Below, piece after piece: positions 49,724 through 61,589 of a DNA stretch of 64,000 nt (the first letter of the stretch is position 1; the number at the start of each line of letters is the position of its first letter). The DNA comes from Fimbriosthenelais zetlandica. Taxonomy: Eukaryota. The stretch spans positions 3,782,001-3,846,000 of the forward strand of contig OZ365118.1 in NCBI GenBank assembly GCA_977030845.1. Direction: 5' to 3'. A program made the translations under genes and the position numbers. Below the pieces are notes generated by a model that was given only the letters and a program-made list of their open reading frames with translations, was not told the origin of the DNA and searched no databases.

Positions 49724-52343
49724 GATCATGCCTCAGATTCACGCTTGTTAGACCTAGAAGCAGAGCTAAATCAAGCCACAGATGAAATAGTCAGAATCAA
49801 GGGGGAGAAAGACGAGGTAAGGTTATCATTCCAATAAAAAAAAGAATAAGAAAAAGAATCATAATATGAGATGCGTAATTATTTGACCCACAAGATGCAT
49901 AATTATATATAAGACCCACATGGTTTGACCTATCACTTCTTTAGAAGCTATTTATCAATGCCAATTCTGTCTTGGGTTTGCAGGAGTTGAAGTCACGGGA
50001 GTTGAAGTTAAAAGTTACCCAGGACCGTTTGGAGCAGTCTGAATCCACCAACAGGTCCCTGCAGAACTATGTAGAATTTCTCAAGAATTCCTACGCTAAT
50101 GTATTTGGTGACAAATCGACCAATTCGGTTGAGATTGAGGATCTTCAGAATCAACTCTACGGATCTCAAGAGGAATCGAAAGATCTGCGCTCTCAAAATG
50201 ACGAACTTCGGAGGTGGGTTCCTTTATCTAGAAATTTATCTAGAAACACTAAGGTTTGGATATGGGTAAAGTAAGGAAAATTAAATCCGGAATCTAATAA
50301 TTTGTTTTGACTCACTATAACCTGACTTACTATAATTTATAGTAATTTAGTGCCATCTTGTTTCAATTTAGTTATTGAAACCTGTGATATTCAACTGGTT
50401 TGGTTATTTACTTGCAGCCATTTTGAAGAGATGGCAAGGGACAAACACGAATTACAAGACATACTTAAATCAAGAGAAGATGAATTACGTCAAAGCAATG
50501 TAGGTACAGTTTAATCATGTATAAAAAGGTTATATTTTCTATAAAATTAATGATGTCTAGCCAAGCAAGATACATTAAAAAACTTATAAATAAATCAATG
50601 AAACAATACTATATCCAATTGAATATTAATTAGACTAGGCACAGCAAAAGTAACGTATATATAGCTTTAAAAAAATATTACTGTCGAATAAAAAAAGAGC
50701 ACTCTTGATGCTGAGATGATAATTTTAAATACTTGTTTCAGTCGCAAAATCTTTGATCCATAGAATTAAATTAATGAATTCATGGTATTTCAGGATCCTA
50801 CCTCAGATTCACGCTTGTTAGACCTAGAAGCAGAGCTAAATCAAGCCAGAGATGAAATAGTCAGAATCAAGGGGGAGAAAGACGAGGTAAGGTTATCATT
50901 CCAATAAAAAGAAGAATAAGAAAAAGAATCATAATATGAGATGCATAATTATTAGACCCACAAGATGCATAATTATATATAAGACCCACATGGTTTGACC
51001 TATCACTTCTTTAGACGCTATTTATCAATGCCAATTCTGTCTTGGGTTTGCAGGAGTTGAAGTCACGGGAGTTGAAGTTAAAAGTTACCCAGGACCGTTT
51101 GGAACAGTCTGAATCCACCAACAGGTCCCAGGAGAACTATGTACAATTTCTCAAGAATTCCTACGCTAATGTATTTGGTGACAAATCGACCAATTCGGTT
51201 GAGATTGAGGACCTTCAGAATCAACTCTACAGATCTCAAGAGGAATCGAAAGATCTGCGCTCTCAAAATGACGAACTTCTGAGGTGGGTTCCTTTATCTA
51301 GAAATTTACAAACACTAAGGTTTGGATATGGGTAAAGTAAGGGAAATTAAATCCGGAATCTAATAATTTGTTTTGACTCACTATAACCTGACTTACTATA
51401 ATTTATAGTAATTTAGTGCCATCTTGTTTCAATTTAGTTATTGAAACCAGTGATATTCAACTGGTTTGGTTATTTACTTGCAGACATTTACAACAGATGG
51501 AAAGGGAAAAACACGAATTACAAGACATACTTGAATCAAGAGAAGATAAATTACGTAAAAGCAATGTAGGTACAGTTTAATCATGTATAAAAAGGTTATA
51601 TTTTCTATAAAATTAATGATGTCTAGCCAAGCAAGATACATTAAAAAACTTATAAATAAATCAATGAAACAATACTATATCCAATTGAATATTAATTAGA
51701 CAAGGCACAGCAAAAGTAAAGTATTTAAAGCTTTAAAAAATGTTACTGTCGAATAAAAAAAAAAGAGCACTCTTGATGCTGAGATGATAATTTTAAATAA
51801 TTGTTTCATTCGCAAAATCTTTGATCCATAGAATTAAATTAATGAATTCATGGTATTTCAGGATCATACCTCAGATTCACGCTTGTTAGACCTAGAAGCC
51901 AAGCTAAATCAAGCCAGAGATGAAATAGTCAGAATCAAAGGGGAGAAAGACGAGGTAAGGTTATCATTCCAATAAAAAAAGAATAAGAAAAAGAATCATA
52001 ATATGAAATGCATAATTATTTGACCCACAAGATGCATGCATAATGATATATAAGACCCACATGGTTTGACCTATCACTCCTTTAGAAGCTCTTTATCAAT
52101 GCCTATTCTGTCTTGGGTTTGCAGGATGAACGGGAGTTGAAGTCACGTTTAAAAGTTACCCAGGACCGTTTGGAGCAGTCTGAATCCACCAACAGGTCCC
52201 AGCAGAACTATGTACAATTTCTCAAGAATTCCTACGCTAATGTATTTGGTGACAAATCAACCAATTCGGTTGAGATTGAGGATCTTCAGAATCAACTCTA
52301 CAGATCTCAAGAAGAATCGAAAGATCTGAGTTCTCAAAATTGA
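49724..52343 (+). CDS. ODF2/cenexin-derived coiled-coil gene fragment made of three tandem ~1.07 kb copies; start codon not identified
   Basis: Exons 49724-49816, 49984-50213, 50418-50499, 50794-50886, 51054-51283, 51484-51565, 51862-51954 and 52125-52343 chain in frame (1122 nt) with intact GT-AG. DRLEQSESTNRS.QNYV.FLKNSYANVFGD closely matches the C-terminal motif of vertebrate ODF2 (DRLEQSESTNRSMQNYVQFLKSSYANVFGD, recalled from memory). May be a young gene or a pseudogene. Confidence 0.7.
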
Positions 52344-53871
52344 CAAAATGACACTTTCTAAGACTGAATTACGAGAAACAGTTGTCACAAGAGAAGAGAC
52401 ATCACATCAAAGCCCGGAGCCTCTTTTCCCACTAACAATAGGCTCGAAGTGATAGATAGGTTCACATATATGGCGGGTTTTAGGAACCTCAAAGCACCAG
52501 GGGATTTCCCTATAGCTTTCTCACATATATGCCTACTTTATCACCAATAAACTCTCTTAATCAAGTACTTGATCTGGTAAAATCTAATGTGTCGATTTTA
52601 ATTTACCCCACTTTCAACTGTCGTAAAGCACGTATGCCGTTTTATTTATAATAAAGCAATATTAAATTTAAATGAAGATGTGTTGACTAGCAAATTGTAA
52701 TACGTTTTAGAAAACTAGTTCTAATGAAGAATTTATGTCTGGGTATGTAATTCAATGAGCCACTAGAATTTGTATGCAGTATGTATGGCATAAAAGTTTA
52801 TTTTCAGCTTCTGTTCTTTGAAAATAAGATCAGTCATGAGTGTGCTCAGAAACTAAAAAATTCCAAATAAATTTTTAAAATTCACAATTCCTTTCAATGA
52901 TAAAACAAATGACTTGAGTTAAAAGTAAAAGGACATGTAGTTTCTTGTAAGATGTCTGGAGGGAGAGAAAGAACAAGAGAACGCCTGAAGTATGCTAGGA
53001 AGGATTAATAAACAAGTTGCCTCGAATTTATTTACATTTTGATAAAACACAGGACAACCTGTTGGTGTGATGGACCATAGTGAGGTCCACTGGGGGTATA
53101 AAACAAACTATACTCTATATACTAAACTCCAATAGTTCACACTGGCGTCTCATCCAGGGTCAATAGCCGGTCAAAGGGTGGTCAGAGAGGGGGGGGGGGG
53201 GGCATGGTCAGCCGCCACGACGTCACAATCAAGACGTTCAAACGTCACACCAATCATACAAAATCCCTGATACAGAAAATAACCTCACTCACGGTCCCAC
53301 AGATGATAGCTGTACATACAGTTACCCTGCTTCAGTTAAAGTCTCTAAAGAACATAAAAAACATTCTCCAAAATACAAACACAATTTACCTCTACATCAT
53401 TTTAATTAGATTTTCAAGGTTATACATTTCCCCTCAGATTGTTTAAGATGATTAAATAGCACGCACGGGAAATAAAACCCTTTCGTTAACATATTTTGAT
53501 CGCGATTCTTTGACTCTGAATTCACATACATTCCGATAAGTTCATGGCAGCTAAAATTTTCATGAGATCATTAACATTCTAGTGAGGGAGATGCGTCATT
53601 GACAGGGAAATCTTAACACGTTATAATAATAAACCTCGATAAAAACAGGTTAAGACGAATATAAGGCAATTAGATAACATATAGATCTCATAAATAAGCA
53701 TTAAGTCATTTTGTGATTAAATCTTGATGCGAGCATCCAGTGCTCTTAATCCAACCTCAAAGGAAAATATTGACAGACAAAAACCTAGAAGTGTTGTTAA
53801 GTGCTTAGATTACAGAATTTGTCTCAGATCTTTGATGCACAATTAGGGGTAATATTAATGACATGGGGGGA

Positions 53872-53887
53872 GACCTAGGGGGCGCTG
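53872..53887 (+). promoter_or_regulatory. CTCF-like binding motif
   Basis: GACCTAGGGGGCGCTG versus consensus CCACYAGGGGGCGCT. Confidence 0.4.
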
Positions 53888-54474
53888 TATATTATACCAC
53901 CTCAACATATCACACGCCTATCATCCTAACAAAGAAAAACATGGATAAAATATCAGGGCTGAACAAAAGTTCAAAGTGCGTTCACCTGGAATGAAAATTG
54001 CTGTGACGTCGTGGCCGGCCAAATTTAGCAAAATATTTTCACTGTTTTTTTTTCTTGGTCATATTTTAGTGCAGACAATCTTGTTATTTTTCTGTCCCTT
54101 TTTTGTTGGTCAGGGATCATATATATATATACCGGGACCCAGCTCAATCTATGGACGCCATTTTGTTGGTGCTCAGCCCAAGGTGGGAATCACCAAGAGG
54201 TCAGACATAACCAAACCAGGCATCGAAACATGATCAAACAAAACTGTGGAACTTATTGTTTCCTTCTGGGCCAGGGAACATTGTCTTTTGACGGAGATAG
54301 CACTGCGCTAGGGATACATTACTGTCACGTGATAGTCACGTGGTAATCTGGATGGATCAGATGCTGACTACAGTATATGGGTGGTAAATAAAACGTGAAA
54401 ATAAACTGAATTTCTCAATTTTTCCTCTGAGTGGTTATTGTACGACTGACTCTTGTAATGATCATCTTTCTCAC

Positions 54475-54588
54475 TCTCTCACTGAGTGACGTCATCAGTT
54501 GACAAGTAACACTCTCTCACTGAGTGACGTCGTCAGTTGAGAAGTAACACTCTCTCACTGAGTGACGTCATCAGTTGAGAAGTAACAG
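54475..54588. repeat. 38-bp tandem repeat, three copies, each containing a CRE palindrome
   Basis: tctctcactgagtgacgtcatcagttga.aagtaacac; TGACGTCA at 54487 and 54563, TGACGTCG at 54525. Confidence 0.92.
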
Positions 54589-55084
54589 TTACTTGTTCAG
54601 TAACACCTTGACTATTTCTTGATGAGAGATGACAAGTATAGGTCTCGAGGGTGGACCCTCAGGGAGGAATGTGATATAAACCCATGCTTGCCGTAGCTAG
54701 ACTGTTTCGGTTACACATTGTTAATAGGCAATCGGACCCAGACCTTTTTTTTGTGACTAATATGTATGTAAACCAGGTATAAGCCCCAGCTACCACACTG
54801 CACCCAAAACCTTACATACCATCCTACAAGGTACCACACGTATCTACTCAGTTATACTATGATAAATCCATGGTCCAGATGCTCTACTCTATATGTCATG
54901 ACAATGAAATGGTCAAAGAAATAACAAAAAAAAATTAGATGCATTTTTGGGGATGAATATTTCCACCCTGGGCCATAGAAAAATGCTGGCAGTGTGCCCT
55001 GGGAGGAAGGATGAGAGGAGAAAAAAAGATGGCGATGAGAAATGAACCGACCAGTCGGGTGTGTGGATAACAGCCTTAATCCTG

Positions 55085-55300
55085 AACTGATAATTAACTG
55101 CAGTCAGTGATAACTGAACTTTCAGCAATTATTGACTGAACTTTCAGTGATAATTGACCGAACTTTCAGTGATAATTGACCGAACTTCCAGTGATAATCA
55201 ACTGAACTTTCAGTGATAATTGACCGAACTTTCAGTGATAATCAACTGAACTTTCAGTGATAATCAACTGAACTTTCAGTGATAATCAACTGCAGTCACT
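55085..55300. repeat. 22-bp minisatellite, about 9 copies
   Basis: Unit ctttcagtgataattgaccgaa / ctttcagtgataatcaactgaa. Confidence 0.92.
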
Positions 55301-57693
55301 GACAATCAACCCCAGTATGGATACTGTACAGTGAGTACAAGCTACCATCATGAGCAACTCACAACAACCATTCATAAACAAAAGACAAACATCAACTGAC
55401 ATGAGCTGCTGACATGGTGAATGTGGTCAGTGAATGATTGTAATGACTGACATCATAACTGACATCATTCAGGTGTAGATGTGAGTATAGGGGATTATAC
55501 CAGGATTAAGGTAGTTATCATGAGGTGAGATCAGTAACACTGACTGGCGGATAACTGTACAAAAGCTGCTGCTGCCTCGTGATATGTTTATAGAGCATCA
55601 CGCGTGGTACCTTCTAGTTAATATGACACATATGAGTTACATTTCTACTCACTTCTCTCTCCTCCAATTAACAACCACTCGCACCAGCCCAACACAGGCT
55701 ACACAGGCGTATAGAATTTTTTTTCAGAACATTTTCCTCATTTTTCTTTTCAGACATCTCCGTTTAAAATTAGTCCTCAGAGTCAAAAAATTGGAAAAGA
55801 TATCACCCAGCACCAAGCACCAATGTCCACGACAGGAATAACTGCCTAAAATATAACTATTATTTGGTGAATGTCTGGAACAGCAGGCACCCTTAACTAG
55901 GAAAATATTGAGCAACTCTCTTCAAAATCTAACATCTTCTGTTCTCAAGAGAGACAAAAAAATGATACCGGCTAAATTCTGGACTTAGCATTGCTCTCCA
56001 GGCAGATAGTCAAGACAATGGTTAAAAATCAGAGTAACCTTTCATAATCAAATCATATTCCTTACAATCATAAAGCAGCTAAGTCAACCAAGTTACCGTA
56101 AAAATGGAGTAGAGAAATCAAACTAGATCCGAGAGAGGATTGCCCCTAACATTTGGTCATAAAACAGCAAAAGTATCTTTGAGATAAAATTCAGAAAAAA
56201 AACAACAAAATTTCCCAATTTTTGCAAGATTGACTTAGAATGAGGGATTGAATGCCTGGAGAGCACAGGGAGACATTACCCCCCGACCGACCCTCCCTCC
56301 CACCCACCTACCCACCCTCCCACCCTGCCCGTGACTGGAGTTCTAAATGGCCATCTGTAAAAGACAACATATACCAAGCTGACAGAGTATGCGCCTGGCT
56401 CCCACCAAGGCTGCATGTACCTACAAAAATAGCCACTCCACTATAATCCACACTCACCCCCACCCCTCCCACCCCCACCATCATCAACCACCCAATTCCC
56501 TCCGCACCAAATGTTAACCCATTCATTTCGAAAAATTTCAGAATTTCCCTAAATTTCATAAAGAAGATGATGGCGAGTTTGACAAGGGTAGAACATGTGG
56601 AGTGGAACCAAAGTTGAAGAGTAGCTAGACGGAGGCTGGTGGCCGTGGAAAGGGCCGGCCAACTCTGTGTCACCCGATGTGTGTAATACCCGGGGGGGAA
56701 GATGGTTATTATCCAATAACCGAGGAACGGCTGCGTCTTGTAATCATGGTTATATAGAATGTGTATAATATAGTATCACTGGTCCAGTAGGCATGGCAAC
56801 GCGTATCACAGCCAATCAACACAGCGTCCGTGCTACAGGCTCGCTACAAGATACTACAACAGATCTGTGTCAGAAACCACCGCCTTTAAATTCCACCCGA
56901 CATATGCTACCATTACAATATAGTCATTATTAATTTGGAAAAATCTGAAATATTTGTATTGGGAATGGCAAGATTTTTTGTGTCCATTTAAATTTAAAAA
57001 TTTAGTTTTATCAAAGTTGAAGTGGGTTGAGAATGGAAGCCGGGGGTAGATTTAGGACGGGGTATATATAGATCTAACACCATCTGAGGGTACTGTAGCT
57101 GAGCCAGGATGACCGTCTTTACATGTACTGTCATGCTCTGCGCTGTCGAGACTTCTGATCATCGCTCCCAGCAAACAAATGTGGACAGAGTGAGAGGAGC
57201 ACCTCACTCCGCCTCTGCTGCCATTCATGCATTGAGGAGCTCAGTCTGTTCAAAAGCTGCAACACAGACATATACTTGTATGTCCATGAAATAATCATTC
57301 CACCATCCATTACCTGGGTTCACTTATTCCCACTTATATACGGAGCTGCCAATGGTCTGAGTACCAAAAAACACTTCATCTTTCCGTAGAATTTCTCTCG
57401 CTTCCTTCCTCCCATCTCAACATGCTTCAAAAGACTGGAAATCTTCAAATCCGCGGCCCTCCCCGAGATCGATGAATAATAGTAGCCACGTCCCCTCCCC
57501 TAGTAAAATAAAGAGAGAGGGGAGGAGAGATCCTCCCTCTCTCTCTCTAGTAGCGACACAGGGTGTGATGTAGGAAGCACAGTTCTCAGTCTCTGTCTAC
57601 ATCTCCTTCATCTTCTCTCTTTCTCTCTTCTCTTATCTGTATACATATATATATATATCATGCTGGACTGTGTGATGTGGTGGCATCTTGTGG

Positions 57694-59724
57694 TCAACTT
57701 GACTGTGTAGTGGTAGGGGTGGATGTACCCGTCTCTCCGTTGTTTGTTGTCGGGTGGGAGTTGTTAGGGCCTGTAGAGAAGCTGTTGGCTTGTTCGTTAT
57801 TATTTGTGCCGTTCTGTACAAAAGACGTGCCCAGGCCGTATAGGTGGCCGCAGTATTTAGCATCGTCAATGTTGTCTTCAAAGAACATCTGAAAAAAATA
57901 CAAAAACTTATTAATATTTTATAAAATAAAGGCATAGAAAGTGGGAGATTAGAAGACCTCTTACCACTGACAGTGGGAGACATGGCAGACCTTTTATAAT
58001 ACAAGTTAGGTAATAATTTTTAATTTAAACTCATAGGAAATGAGTACTACTAACCTCTCTCATTTTGAAGAAGGAAGCCCCTGTGAGGAGGCTGTCACTG
58101 CCTGCTTGATGCTGGGGTCCGATCCGCTCGATCTACACTCGAAAAAAACATAAATTTTAGTCTTTTTTCAGAGAAGATATTTACATGAATTTATAAGTAA
58201 TTTGTTCAGTTTTTTTGTATAAAATATAGAATAAATAAAATCAAATTAATAAAATATATGGACAAGTACATAATGAATACACAAATACAGGAATTGTAGT
58301 ACGAAATGCAGTATTGTAGTGCTAAACTTGCGCGAGTCACACTAGTTGATTTTTGATATAATATAAGTTGCACCCACCTCCAGCTGGTCCGCTACCTCCT
58401 GTAGTCCACCTTTCAGATTCCGGCAGCTTTTCATCAGGTACTTTACATCGTAGATGTTTGGGAAGTAAATCCGCAGCAGCTCAAAAAACTCCTGCTCCTC
58501 GGATGGCAGCGTTGTGTTTGTCAGGATCTTCAGCATGTAACCGAAGTCATAGCCACTGAAACGTAATACAAATATAAAGTAATTTTAAAATAATTGTACA
58601 TTCCAGAAAAATAATGAATATTTATTGTATAAAATATTATGTAATTTAAAACTAATGCCGACTACATTATATTTAATTTAAAATAGAATAAGATAAATTA
58701 ATCAGTAAACTAATATAAAATAACTTTAGTATATGAACTTATTTATTAAAATCTTGTATTAAATGAAGTGAGCTTTACCTGTGGAAGGAGAGCCATTTAA
58801 TGCTCTCTGATAAGACTAGACCGGACGTCATGAAAAGTTCAGCGAAATCAAACACATCCACGCCCTCGTCCTCGTGCTTTTTGAACTGGATGCCAGAGTT
58901 GGTCAACAAGTCAATGGAGTCCTGAGCGTACATGTCTTCACTGCAACAAAAATACACCTATTTTATTTCAAAAATTCACAAAATGAACAAAGAAATCAAC
59001 AGCAAATCATTTGCCAAACTCAAAATCCTACACCAAAGTTATTCACTCTTTCTTAGTTAAATAAAATGTAGCAAAATTTCAAAAACGTTTTCTTCAATTC
59101 CCTCCAGTCATTTTCTTTTAATATTTGAATTGAGAAAATCTATTTAATGTTTGTGACTTACGTGAGATTAAACTTGAAGTTGAACTGCCATGTGGAGCAG
59201 TTAGGAGGAGTGTTCCCATGCTCGTCCATGAACGTGATACCGATTTGAATGATTTTGAGGAGGTCCACATTGCAGCGGAGAAGTTGATATTGATAATCTG
59301 TGGTACTTCGGAATTCCCCGATAGGTCGTGCTACCACGCCCGGGAACTCTGTGTCCTGTAGAAATAAATATTCATCTTAATACAATTATCTATATTTTAA
59401 GATTTACTAGTAGATTATCCACACAAAAAATAAAGAATCTAATATCTATTAAAATGAGCTAGCCTGCTAGTTAAATATTATTTTATCAATGAAAAAGCAA
59501 CGAAATTGAACCATACATGCTATGCCATAATCCATGTAAATTACCTTCCCCATTTGAAGGTAAATATTGTTCATTTATCTATAAATTAAATACCAAGAAG
59601 CAGTACATACCATAGCCACGAAGCAGTACTTCTGGACGACCTGTCTGATTTTCTTAAACTCCTCCTCCAGGTTGTGCTGCCAGACGTCCTGGATGCCATA
59701 TTCTGGCCCTGTTGTTGTTGGCAT
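57694..59724 (-). CDS. CNOT7: CCR4-NOT deadenylase subunit CAF1/POP2 (CNOT7/8 family), 306 aa
   Basis: Exons (minus): 59611-59724, 59162-59355 (DTEFPGVVARPIG), 58779-58940, 58378-58555 (SGYDFGY), 58055-58132 (ERIGPQHQAGSDS), 57694-57888; total 921 nt. DEDDh residues intact. A 5' UTR exon ends at donor 61345. Confidence 0.97.
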
Positions 59725-59744
59725 GCTGCCTTACCACCTATAAA

Positions 59745-60230
59745 TACCAGATATTACTATAAATACCATATTATTACTGTCCATAACTCACAAATTATAC
59801 TATGAAAACCACACAATTATAGTCTATTATTACTGTAAAACCACACTATTTTACTGTAAAACCCACACTAGTATTACTGCAAAACCATAGGCCTACTATT
59901 ATTACTGCAAAACCATACTATCATTACAGTCAATGATAAAATATTATTACTCTCTACAAATTGTCAATACCAAAATATTATTACTCAATCTTCAGCTCTT
60001 TATAAACTGTCACTATTACACTATTATTTCTGTAAATGTCCGACTAATATTACTGTAAATAAAACAGTAATATTACTGTCAATACCAGGATAATTATCAC
60101 TCAATATTACAATATTACAAACCCTCTATCAACTCACAACTGTCAATACTGAAATATTGTTACTCTTTATAAACTGTCAATACCATTATTACCCCCAGAC
60201 ACTACTACTTCTCTCTATGAACATATTGAC
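59745..60230. repeat. Degenerate AT-rich repeat (tattattactg/aaaacc modules) in CNOT7 intron 1
   Basis: Repeated attattact motifs with irregular 20-25 bp spacing. Confidence 0.7.
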
Positions 60231-61344
60231 ATCCAGTCCATAATAATCTAATGAACTCCAGCAAACCTCCCCTCTATATTTAGAACCAGCCCATCATGTT
60301 ATGTGAGAAATGAAGCTTGTTATATAACAAAGCTTGTCTACTTCTCATGGCTATAACATGGGGCGATGGTAGGCTATGAATTTATTACCCGGGTACCGTA
60401 CCTGAATAAGTAGGTTCTCTGCATTGATGGTAGCGCCCCGAATTCAGTTTCTGTGACAATATCCTTTACAGACGGCTAGTGTCAGTGTCATGGGGGAAAT
60501 GGCCCTGTGGGTAAATTAGAAAAGAGAAATTGTCAATATGATCAATGTGGAACTAACGCCGTTACAACTGTCAAATATGGACAACTGTCAGATATGCCGG
60601 CTATGTGGCAATACACGTGCCCTATACATATGGTGAAATCTGAGCCCTTTACTGGCTTTAGAGCAATCAATTAGTATACTTATACCATTTATTATAACAT
60701 ACACCTTTGACATATCTCCATGTTACATCATTTCTAGGCCTAGCCACCTCAAAAGATTAATTCATTAAGTTTTAACGTCCATCAATCATGATCAGATGTG
60801 ACAAACAGGTTGGTAAATTATACTCAAATTCCTGGTCCATAAAAGTCTCATAATTCAAGGTCCAGGGCTGACATTCAATACTTGATTCATAACTAGAAGT
60901 GCCGAATATATATATTAAATCTGCAATGCTTTACTTTTTGACGAACACGAGAAATTTCAGCAATAGTTGCCAATACACAGGTTGGTCATTGCCACTGCCC
61001 AGGGCCTGGCATTGAAACTTGAAAGCCAAGTGTGACAATCATTTCACGTGCCAACTTCAGCAACTGCGCGTCAATTCCTGGCCATTTACAATGCTTCCTC
61101 ACATGAAGGTCACTTTCTATGATTATGTAAACATCTCTAAAGTAGGTTAGGCGAGAATTGTGCTGAAATAAAGCCAACTGTCACAGTCCCACTCGGTCCA
61201 AAAAGTGAGAAGCCATCCCAGCAGAAAGCTGGCCCGGTGGGATGTCACTCTCCTACATTTAACATCCCCGATTTCCCTCCCTACACCACCGAAAACAATG
61301 TAACTCCAGAATATAAAAGATAAGATGGTAAATGTTGGTCTTAC

Positions 61345-61589
61345 CTGTTCGAGGAAGGTCAGTGGACTGTTGGAGGCTTCAGTTTTTCGCTCCTTTTCCA
61401 AAAATAAAGACCTAAATGGCAATCCTCTTTGTACGCTTGTTGGAGTGCGCAGGCGTGGGTAGTATGTGTACTACGTCACACCACACACAAACTGGTGACG
61501 TAATACACACTTCCGCTCTGATATTTACAGCTCTGAGTCAGTTTTACACCAGTTTTCATACAGTTTTGTAGCCTTTTCCATGTCTCAAA
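61345..61589. promoter_or_regulatory. Compact bidirectional promoter and 5' UTRs of CNOT7 (-) and VPS37A (+)
   Basis: CNOT7 5' exon donor at 61344 and VPS37A ATG at 61590. NRF1-like TGCGCAGGCG at 61446-61455, inverted CRE-like TACGTCA at 61472 and TGACGTA at 61496, ETS/GABP CACTTCCG at 61508. Confidence 0.75.

Noticed and set aside
52341-52361. Stop-codon readthrough at TGA-CAA
   Set aside because: Readthrough would add only about 6 residues before TAA; the context looks like a local caaaat duplication.
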